A DNA stretch of 64,000 nt from positions 254,203 to 318,202 of the forward strand of contig JADJQY010000002.1 of NCBI GenBank assembly GCA_016712505.1, given 5' to 3'. Of the stretch, positions 29,748-38,809 are shown piece by piece. Each line of letters starts with the position of its first letter. Within the stretch, counting starts at the first letter, position 1. The position numbers and the translations under genes are program-made. The notes beneath the pieces are model-generated. The model made no database searches, was not told the origin of the DNA, and saw nothing but the letters and a program-made list of their open reading frames with translations. The stretch is from Candidatus Eiseniibacteriota bacterium. Its GTDB lineage: Bacteria; Eisenbacteria; RBG-16-71-46; CAIMUX01.

Positions 29748-30274
29748 ATGAGGTGCGCAATGCAAGCATGGGTGTCTGCGATCGTTGGGTGCGTGCTCGT
29801 GGTGACTGCTGTAAACGCGGAGCCAGCCGAGCAGTTCTGCGCTGTGAATGCGCCTGAGGCGGTCCTGCAGTGTTTCGCAAGCGCCGTCACCAACCGGGAC
29901 TTCGTCCGAGCCGGAGAGCTATTCGCTGCAGAGTTTGTACGCGAGTACCTGCCGAACGAGAAGGGCACGGCCCCTATTCCACTTGGGAAGTCAGAATTTT
30001 TGGCTGCCGCGGAGTGGTTCATGGCTTCTGGCAATATCCAGAACCCGAGATACGAAGTGGCGTTTGGCGGTGTCGTGGTGCCTAACGCTCAGACGGGGGA
30101 TGGACGCTTCCGAATGTGACCTATACTGTACTAGGGCGCGGGAGAGACCAGTCTGGAAAGATGGTCGACATTAATGCGTCGAACGGAACGGTGACGGTGG
30201 AGGTTGTTCGTCTGGATCAGCCGGTGCCGCATTTCGTCATGACCCGATGGACGGAGTCTCAGACGGGCAAGTGA
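29748..30274 (+). CDS. secreted NTF2/SnoaL-like protein, paralog of 29239..29745; apparent single-base frame break
   Basis: Signal peptide MRCAMQAWVSAIVGCVLVVTAVNA. The shared motif is PEAVLQCFASAVT vs PVDVLQHLASATT. ORF 29748..30119 continues sensibly (GGWTLPNVTYTVLGRG...FVMTRWTESQTGK) if G5 run 30095-30099 were G6. Confidence 0.5.
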
Positions 30275-30540
30275 CAACGTCGAAGGGTTCCGCTGTGGCG
30301 GCTTCCGCGATCCTGCGCCAGACGCATTCTCGCCCCCCCCGGGGTACCCGGAGATCGCATTGGAAAATTCCAGGCCCCGATGTCGGTGGTTGGCGCGATG
30401 TCTCGGCCGTCTGACGGTACCTCGACGCGATTTGTTTCAGGCCACATCACGGGGCGGTGGACAGCAGGGGTTAGCTGCCGGTCGCGGCGGAATCGCGGAT
30501 CATAGACTGGCAGGGTAGGTTATCGTCACAGGTGGAAGAC

Positions 30541-30671
30541 TCAGAACGGGACCTTGTGACTCGCACTCTCCGACGTCCTCCGCACCCGCTTGTCGTAGAT
30601 CTGCGTTGTTTGCGGATTCTTGTGCCCCAAGAGGAGCTGCACCTCCTCGAGGGGCACACCGCCTTTGAGGA
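30541..30671 (-). pseudogene. tyrosine recombinase fragment, C-terminal end
   Basis: LLKGGVPLEEVQLLLGHKNPQTTQIYDKR carries the LLGH....TT..Y box with the catalytic Tyr. It abuts the IS66 left end. Confidence 0.7.
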
Positions 30672-30710
30672 GTATGCGCCAAGTGAACCACACCCCCCTC
30701 CCGACACCGA

Positions 30711-32375
30711 TCAGGAAGTGCGTGACTCCACTTCCGGTCGCCAGCGGGTTGGCAGGAGCCGCTCGTAGTCCTCGACTGTTGTCGCCTTCGGCAGTTCCGT
30801 GAACAGGTGGCTGAGATAGCCGTAGGGCTCGAGGTTGTTCGCCCGCGCCGTCTGGATCAGGCCGTAGAGGTTGGCGCTCGCCTCGGCGCCGTGCACCGTG
30901 TCCGAGAACAGCCAGTTCTTCCGGCCGATCGCGAACGGACGGATCGCGTTCTCCATCAGGTTGTTGTCGATCTCGAGTCGGCCGTCGTCGAGGTAACGGA
31001 GCAAGGAGTTCCACTGCTCCGAGGCGTACGAGATCGCCCGGCCGACCAAGCTCGTCGGCGGTACGTCTCCCTTGCTCGCATCCAACCACGCTTTCATCTC
31101 GGTCAAGATCGGGCCGGCCAGCACTTCGCGCGCCGCCTTCCGTGCGGGCGGATCCTGACCTCGGATGTCCCGCTCGATCCGGTACAGCTTCTGGATGTAG
31201 GCCATCCCCTGGTGAGCCTTCGACCGCCCCTTGATTGCCTGCTTCGCGCCAGCCTGCGCCTTCAACGCCTCATCGAACTTCCGCCGCACGTGGGCCATGC
31301 AGCCGACGCGGACCACCTTCGGGTTCGCGAAGCACCCGTTGTAGCCGGAGTACCCGTCGACCTGCACGAACCCCTCGAACCCCTGGAGGAGGCGCTCGGC
31401 TACCTCGCCGCCCCGCGTGGGGTCGTAGTCGAACAGCAGGATCGGTCGCTCCCGCGGACCACCCAGCCGACCCCAGAGGAAGGACTGGCTCTGGGCCGTC
31501 TTGCCGCTCTCCTTCAGCACCTGCACCCGCGTCTCGTCACAGTGGACGATGTCGTAGGCGAGCAGGTCGTCGTTCAGCAGGTTGATCACTGGCCGGACCA
31601 GCCGCCCGACGGCGATCATCCAGTTCGCCATGGTGGTGCGGGAGAGCTCGACCTCGACCCGCTCCCAGATCGCTTCCTGGCGATAGAGCGGGAGGGCGTC
31701 GCAGTACTTGGCCACCGCGATCTGGGCCAGGAGCGAAGGCGAGGCCATGCTCTTCGGGATCGGCTGCGGTGGAAGCGGCGCGATCCGTACGCCGTTCTCG
31801 CACCGCGGACAAGCGTACTTCGGTCGGACATTCTGGATCACCCGGACGGTGGCCGGGATGAACTCCAGTTGCTCGCTCGACTCCTCACCGATCTGCTCGA
31901 GCGGAGTCCCGTCCTGCGGGCAGATCTTCTCGTGCTCCCGTAGGTCGTGAACCACCCGTCGGCGCTCCATCCAGGCAGGAAGCGGGCGTCGTCCCCGCCG
32001 ATGACGCGGCTTGGCGCTCTCGGGACTCGCCGCGTCGCTGTCGCCCGCCTCGGGATCTGCGTCGAGGGTCGCGGGATGCGCCGCATCCTCCGTCTCGCCA
32101 TTGGCCAGGATCTCCGGCTCGTTGAAGAGCTGGAGCTGATCCTGGCTCGAACGTTCACTGCTCGGCCCGAAGCGCTTCCAGAGGTAGAGGCGAAGACGTT
32201 CGCGCAGCCGCTCGATCTCTGCCTGCTCGGCGATCAGCGCCGCCGTTTTCGCGTCCAGAGCGGCATTCGTGGCATGAAGCGTCGAGTGCAGGACGGCGCA
32301 CTCCGCCCGCGCTTGCAGGAGTAGTTGTTGCAGTACCGCGACGTCGTTGGGTAGGGGTTGGAGGTCCGTCTCCAT
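30711..32375 (-). CDS. tnpC: IS66 family transposase TnpC
   Basis: Leucine-zipper N-terminus, a zinc-finger YACPRCENG, and a DDE core (DETRVQV... DGYSGY...). Confidence 0.92.
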   Translation of the reverse strand: METDLQPLPNDVAVLQQLLLQARAECAVLHSTLHATNAALDAKTAALIAEQAEIERLRERLRLYLWKRFGPSSERSSQDQLQLFNEPEILANGETEDAAHPATLDADPEAGDSDAASPESAKPRHRRGRRPLPAWMERRRVVHDLREHEKICPQDGTPLEQIGEESSEQLEFIPATVRVIQNVRPKYACPRCENGVRIAPLPPQPIPKSMASPSLLAQIAVAKYCDALPLYRQEAIWERVEVELSRTTMANWMIAVGRLVRPVINLLNDDLLAYDIVHCDETRVQVLKESGKTAQSQSFLWGRLGGPRERPILLFDYDPTRGGEVAERLLQGFEGFVQVDGYSGYNGCFANPKVVRVGCMAHVRRKFDEALKAQAGAKQAIKGRSKAHQGMAYIQKLYRIERDIRGQDPPARKAAREVLAGPILTEMKAWLDASKGDVPPTSLVGRAISYASEQWNSLLRYLDDGRLEIDNNLMENAIRPFAIGRKNWLFSDTVHGAEASANLYGLIQTARANNLEPYGYLSHLFTELPKATTVEDYERLLPTRWRPEVESRTS

Positions 32376-32410
32376 GCCGCGGACTTTAACAGATGTCGCG
32401 CGTCATCGCA

Positions 32411-32767
32411 TCACAGAACAGTTGCGTAGGAGAGTTTCCTGTGAGGTCGGAGCTTCGAGAGATCGTAGCCATCGAGCAGCCAGTTCAGCTCGCGCCCGGT
32501 AATCGCGGTGACTCCGTCGCTGCTCTGCTCCGGCCAGTAGACCCGCTGCTTCTCGTAGCGCTTGTACCAGACGACGAAGCCGTTGCCTTCCCAGTAGAGG
32601 ACCTTCACCTTGTCCCGGTGGCGATTGCGGAACACGTAGAGCGCCGGCTCGAACGGGCTGAGGCCCAGCGTGCCTTCGACCAGCAGGCTGAGTCCGTTGA
32701 TCGACTTCCTCAAGTCGACGGCGGTTTGGCAGAGGTAGACCCGAACGCCCTCGGCCGGGCGCATCAT
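32411..32767 (-). CDS. tnpB: IS66 accessory protein TnpB
   Basis: 118 aa. The sequence VYLCQTAVDLRKSINGLSLLV...LYVFRNRHRDKVKVLYW is typical of IS66 Orf2. ATGA overlap with tnpA. Confidence 0.9.
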   Translation of the reverse strand: MMRPAEGVRVYLCQTAVDLRKSINGLSLLVEGTLGLSPFEPALYVFRNRHRDKVKVLYWEGNGFVVWYKRYEKQRVYWPEQSSDGVTAITGRELNWLLDGYDLSKLRPHRKLSYATVL

Positions 32768-33198
32768 CGAACCGGCTCCGGCGCCGCCGGCCGGAGAGAG
32801 GCGAGCAGAGAGAGCAAGTCGGCATCCGGGGTCCAGAAGGATGGATTCTCGATCTCCACAATCACGCCGTTGGCAAAGCGGAGGCGAAGATCGGTGCGTG
32901 GAACCGGGGCGTCTTCCGCCAGGCGAACCTCCGAGAACATGGGCACGGAGGGATTCCTGGAAGCCGGACTCGCCACCACCCGCAGTGGTCGGCGATGCAC
33001 CGCTGCGGCTGGGGTCGTCGCGGTCAACGCGCCGAGCTGGGTCAGCCGATTGCGCCAGGTGTAGAGTTGTCGGCAGTCGAGGCCGTGGCGCGCGGCGTAC
33101 GCGGCGGTGGTGGTGCCGCTCCTGCGACAGGCTTCCAGGTGCTTGCGCCAGTGTTCTTGCTTCGCGGTCAGCCGGGCGGCGAGGACTCCTCGGGGCAT
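32764..33198 (-). CDS. tnpA: IS66 accessory protein TnpA
   Basis: An HTH-like region (GTTTAAYAARHGLDCRQLYTWRNRL) and its first position in the IS66 operon. Confidence 0.8.
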   Translation of the reverse strand: MPRGVLAARLTAKQEHWRKHLEACRRSGTTTAAYAARHGLDCRQLYTWRNRLTQLGALTATTPAAAVHRRPLRVVASPASRNPSVPMFSEVRLAEDAPVPRTDLRLRFANGVIVEIENPSFWTPDADLLSLLASLRPAAPEPVR

Positions 33199-33274
33199 GT
33201 TGCCCTCCTTTCCTGGAGGGCAATCTCGCGGATCGCGGGGGGCTATGGGAAGATGGGTTTCAGTTGGCGGTTAC

Positions 33275-33781
33275 GCCGATACATCGCCGAGAGCCTAATT
33301 CTCCGCACCCCCAGCTTTCTCGACCGCGAGTTGGGCCGCGCCCGAAAGAGCGGCCCGCTGGTGAGCCCCGCGTGCGCCACATACTCCCGGATCGCCTCCG
33401 CCGCCTCCACGTGGATTCCAATGGTGCGCTTTGACTTCCCCCGGCCCTTCTCCTGGACCTTGACCGTCGGGTCGTCCTCCTCGAAATGAAAGTCCGCCAC
33501 ATCGAGCAAACACCCCGTCCGGATGCGGGACCCCGTGAACAGGTAGAACTTGAGGATTGCCCGGTCCCGGTAGTGGAGGATGTCGCCGTCCGCCGGCGGG
33601 AGCTCCATCAGTTTTCGTGCGTTCCGTGCGCTGAGAGCTACGGTCTCATCAATCGGATCCGTTGAGGGCCGCTTCACGAAATCCTTGTGCGCCGGATTGT
33701 GGATCAGGATCGGGAGCTTGGACCCGGCTGCGGCCTCCCGGATGAACTCAAAGAGGCCAGAGACCGCCGAGATGCGGTGAT
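33275..33781 (-). pseudogene. tyrosine recombinase fragment, central part
   Basis: RISAVSGLFEF..., RDRAILKFYLFTGSRIRTGCLLDVADF (Arg-I region) and VKVQEKGRGKSKRTIGIH (beta-hairpin Lys region). It lies between the IS21-like and IS66 ends. Confidence 0.75.
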
Positions 33782-33866
33782 CCCCCGGCGGCCACCTCAA
33801 CTTCCTCCACTTGTGGCCGGGTCAACTTCCTCCACTTGAGCTCACGACGGGACGGCGGGGAGGATC

Positions 33867-34639
33867 CTATTCGCCCGAGCGCTTGCGCACAACCCGGGCC
33901 GCAGCTTCCTTCAGGCGCCAGCTCTTCCCCTCGAACTTGAGCAGGTGGCCGTGGTGCATCAGGCGATCGAGGAGGGGGGTGACGATGACCACATTGCCGA
34001 GCAGCTTCGCCCAGTCTTCGATCACGCGATTCGAGGTGATCAGGGTGGAGCCCTTCTCGTATCGCCCCATGAGGAGATCGGCTAGCTCGTCGCCGGCGTT
34101 CGCAGGCAGCTTTCGGAGGAAGAGATCGTCGATGATCAGCAACTCGATGCCCCGTAGCTGCGTCCGGAGCTTCCGGATCGTCCGAGTTCGCGGGCCTCGG
34201 TGACGTCCTCGATCAGTTCATGGGCCTCGCGGTAGAGCACGCGGTGACCACGCTCCACCGCGAGCAGGGCGATCGCCTTGGCCACGTGGCTCTTGGCCGT
34301 GCCGGGCGGCCCCAGGAGAATGGCATCTTCCCGATCCTCGATGAACTTACAAGTCGCGAGTTCGAGGATGTCGCGTCGCGGCAGACGAGGATTGTAGCTC
34401 CAGTCCAACTCGGCCAGGGTGCGGCGTTCGGTTAGCCCGGACAGGGCGTACTTACGATCCTGCAGTCGCGTGGATCGACGATCCAGCTCGTCCTGAACCA
34501 ACCGGGAGAACGCTTCCAGGAACGACATCTCGTGGCTCGCCACGTGGAGCGCTCGCGCTTCGATCGCTGCGCTCATTCCCGACAACCGCAGAGTGCGGAG
34601 CGCACTCTCCAGCTCAGTACGTGACATGGGCATCGGCAT
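33867..34639 (-). pseudogene. istB: IS21 helper ATPase IstB, frameshifted
   Basis: Walker A is LLGPPGTAKSH (ORF 34136..34639) and Walker B is LLIIDDL (ORF 33867..34142), and they lie in different frames. The break is near 34190-34215. Confidence 0.85.
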
Positions 34640-35479
34640 CCTCCGTCGAAGTGTGGCTTTGGGCGTGGTCCTCCCAGAACGATTGGTACTCCGCGATCGA
34701 GCGGATGGCCGCGCCTTCCTGGATCAGAGCGGGAACCGGGGTTGGGGTTCGGGCTGCTTGGCGTTCCAAGGCGTGCCGCACGGCCTTGTAGGATCCGCAT
34801 CCCGCTTCGAGGAACCGAGCACAGATCTCCTCGATCGCCGCACAGGAGCAGGTGCGAGGCAGGTTGGTCAGCCCATAGAGCGCTCGCTGGCCGGGACGGC
34901 CGAGGCGGGCGAACAAGGCGAGCGCCATCTCCTCTGTTCTCGGCCCGATCAGCGCGGCTTTGATCAGCGACAATTAGAACTCCCGGGAAAAATAGTTGTC
35001 GCTGATCACCCCTCCCCGTAGTCGACTTGGCACTCTTCTCCCGGGAGGAACTCCAAGACGTCGAACCGCTCCGGATCCCGACGCTTCAGCCGGGAGACGA
35101 TCCGCTTGACCGAGTTGTAGCCGTGCCCGAACTCGTGGATCCCGACCAGATCCTGATAGATCGACTGGGCGTTGCGGCCGAGTTGGACCTGCGCTTCGAT
35201 CCGCGTTCGGTGGCGTTCGCACGCCGAGACGATGGCCGAGGCGCCAGCCTGCGGCGAACCGGGAGCCGGTGGCCAGGGTGGAGGAAGTTGCTCCGAGCCG
35301 GTGGCCACCCCGGGGGAGTTTGGATCGCGGACGTAGCGCTGGATGGTCTTGCGATCCACACCCGTGCGGCGATCAATCTCCCGCTGACTGACCCCGCAAC
35401 CGGCCAGGGTCTCGATGGTTATCCGCAGGTGACTCTTCAAGACGTTCACTCCGATCCCCCTCTGGTTGGTGAGGGGCAA
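34614..35479 (-). pseudogene. istA: IS21 transposase IstA with internal deletion of the catalytic core
   Basis: The N-terminal HTH part ends at ..GEECQVDYGEG (35006..35479). The C-terminal part is 34614..~34960. Together they give about 270 aa, shorter than I recall intact IstA proteins to be, and I could not find the catalytic core between the two parts. The two parts are joined by a 48-bp palindrome. Confidence 0.75.
34961..35008. repeat. 48-bp palindromic sequence at the istA deletion junction
   Basis: TGATCAGCGACAA-ttagaactcccgggaaaaatag-TTGTCGCTGATCA, with perfect 13-bp arms and a partly self-complementary AT-richer centre around CCCGGG. Confidence 0.85.
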
Positions 35480-35588
35480 GGGGAACGTCCCGTCGTCGAT
35501 GCCCGGGAGTCGGGTCGATCTAGTTCAGCTCAGGTGGAGGAGTTTGACCCGGCCACGGATGGGGGAGTTTGGGTGGCCGCCAGGTGAT

Positions 35589-35868
35589 TGAGGGTTTTGG
35601 GCGCCTGGTCAAGCTCCTGGTCCAGAAACTCCCGCCAGGCCCGGACGTCGACCACCGTGGCGCCGAGAAGCCGGAACGACTCCTCGGGCCAGCGGATGCC
35701 AAGAAAGTCGACAAAGCCCATCACGGCGCGGCGGTACGAGCGCCGGGTGTTGAGTGCGTCGCTTCGGTTGACCCAGGCCTCGAACATGCCGGCGACGGAG
35801 CCGTAGAAGGTCTTGACCCGTTCACGGACGGCTGCCTTCGGGGTCGACGCGAGGCGTCGCGCTGTCAT
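35589..35868 (-). pseudogene. tyrosine recombinase fragment, N-terminal SAM-like domain
   Basis: TRRSYRRAVMGFVDFL...VVDVRAWREFL...APKTLNH. The reading is cut at the GTGAT duplication of the IS21-like element. Confidence 0.7.
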
Positions 35869-36056
35869 GCCCCATCAACCGCCCAGCTCGGGACGATCGG
35901 CGCTGCTCTGGACCTCCGCACGGGCCCCGAACCCCGCGTTGACCGCCCCGGGGGGCTGTGCTAGCGTCCCCAATCGCAAGCGTTTGCGGGGCCTGAAGTT
36001 GGTCCGGCGAGGGGGCCGGGACGGGGCGACCTGCGGACGGACGATGGAGGGATGGG

Positions 36057-37344
<1,288 letters not shown>

Positions 37345-37365
37345 GGGAACGCGGGCACCACCACG

Positions 37366-38652
37366 ATGGGCGCGTCCCGATCGAATCTGCCCTTCCTGCT
37401 CAAGGCCTACCTGTTCCTCGGAACGGTCGCCCTGATCATCGTGGGCGTGGTCTATTCGTACAGTCGGGTCTCGCAGCTCAACAAGCAGTCGGAGGCGGTG
37501 GCAACCCTGTTCGCCCGCTTCTGCGCCCTGGCCACCTTCACCGCGCTCGACAATCCGGACGTGCGGAACATCTTCGATGAGGTGGTCAAGCCGGCCGACT
37601 TCCCGATGATCCTCACCGACACCGAAGGCCGTCCCTTCGTCTGGAAGCTGCCCGGTGTGCAGATCGATTCGGTCGATGTCAACGCCATCGCGGCGATCGA
37701 CCCGAAGAACCCGCCACCCGGGCCGATCCGCCAGCTGGTCGACATCGTGGCCCGCTTCGACCGGCGGCATCGACCGATTCCGATGAAGAACCCGGGCACC
37801 GATCAGGTCTTCGGCTACGTCCACTACGGCGAACCGGGTCTGGTGCGCGAGCTCAAGTGGATTCCGTTCGTGCAGATCGCGGCGATCTTCCTCTTCATCG
37901 GCCTGGGCTACGTCGGATACCGCTCGATCAAGACGAGCGAGCAGCGGGCAATCTGGATCGGATTGGCCAAGGAGACGGCGCACCAGCTCGGCACTCCCAT
38001 CTCGTCGCTCCTCGGCTGGGTGGAACTGCTGCGCGAGCGGCAGCTCGAGGCGGTGACCGAGCGCGAGCAGAAGGGGGGAGATCGGATCGAGATTGATTCG
38101 GCCTTCCTGGGCGAAGTGCTCGACGAGATGGAGAACGACGCAGAGCGGCTGCAAAAGGTCGCGATGCGCTTCGGCCAGGTCGGGAGTCTGCCCAAGCTCG
38201 AGGTGGAGGACGTGGCGCCGATCGTGAGCGAGGCGGTGCGCTACTTCCGCCGGCGGATCCCGCATCTGGGCAAGGACGTGGAGATCCGGGAACGGTACGA
38301 GCTGGTCCCCCCGGTCAGCATCAACAAGGAGCTGATCGAGTGGGTGGTGGAGAATGTCCTGAAGAACGCCGTCGATGCCACCGACGGTGGGAAGGGGCAG
38401 ATCGAGGTCGACGTCGTCCGCCGCAAGGAAACCGAATCGGTCGAGGTGCGTATCTCCGACTCCGGCCGCGGAATGACCCCGAGCGAAGCGAAGATGGTCT
38501 TCGAGCCGGGATACACGACCAAGCAGCGTGGCTGGGGGCTCGGGCTCACCCTGGCCAAGCGGATCGTCGAGGACTACCACGGCGGTCGGATCTATGTGGA
38601 GAAGTCGGCCCCGGGCAAGGGCTCGACGATCGTGGTCTCGTTTCCGACCTGA
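37366..38652 (+). CDS. sensor histidine kinase
   Basis: TM segments, an H-box ETAHQLGTPISSLLGWVELL, and the HATPase motifs NAVDAT, DSGRGM and GWGLGL. Confidence 0.85.
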   Translation: MGASRSNLPFLLKAYLFLGTVALIIVGVVYSYSRVSQLNKQSEAVATLFARFCALATFTALDNPDVRNIFDEVVKPADFPMILTDTEGRPFVWKLPGVQIDSVDVNAIAAIDPKNPPPGPIRQLVDIVARFDRRHRPIPMKNPGTDQVFGYVHYGEPGLVRELKWIPFVQIAAIFLFIGLGYVGYRSIKTSEQRAIWIGLAKETAHQLGTPISSLLGWVELLRERQLEAVTEREQKGGDRIEIDSAFLGEVLDEMENDAERLQKVAMRFGQVGSLPKLEVEDVAPIVSEAVRYFRRRIPHLGKDVEIRERYELVPPVSINKELIEWVVENVLKNAVDATDGGKGQIEVDVVRRKETESVEVRISDSGRGMTPSEAKMVFEPGYTTKQRGWGLGLTLAKRIVEDYHGGRIYVEKSAPGKGSTIVVSFPT

Positions 38653-38809
38653 TCCGGCCAAAATTTTTCCGCTTTCGCGCGAACTGCTCGTCAGGGTGGA
38701 CCATCCCTCGCGAAACCAAGTACGATTGTCCGATTCCGTCTGACCGGCCTCCGCGGCGCGTTCGCCCGGCCAGGCCCGACACCGAACGACATCAACGGAT
38801 GGGAGTGCT

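Larger units (their letters stand above)
30672..33274 (-). mobile_element. IS66-family insertion sequence (tnpA-tnpB-tnpC)
   Basis: The ends are GTATGCGCCAAGTGAA (30672..) and the reverse complement of the right end, GTAACCGCCAACTGAA (..33274). They match at 13 of the first 16 positions and resemble the family GTAAGCG terminus. The three-ORF organisation is present. The flanks TTTGAGGA and GCCGATAC do not match, so there is no 8-bp duplication. Confidence 0.85.
33782..35583 (-). mobile_element. degenerate IS21-family insertion sequence with 5-bp GTGAT target duplication
   Basis: GTGAT sits at 33777-33781 and 35584-35588. The ends are CCGGCGGCCACC.. and ..GGTGGCCGCCAG. Each end carries internal repeats: TCAACTTCCTCCACTTG at 33797-33813 and 33822-33838, and the complementary CAGGTGGAGGAGTTTGA at 35531-35547. 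Remnants of istA and istB lie inside. Confidence 0.8.

Noticed and set aside
35869-36056. tRNA gene or att-type direct repeat at the island borders (also 23052..23233).
   Set aside because: No T-loop/acceptor-like sequence and no shared direct repeat between the two borders were found by eye. The island limits therefore remain approximate.
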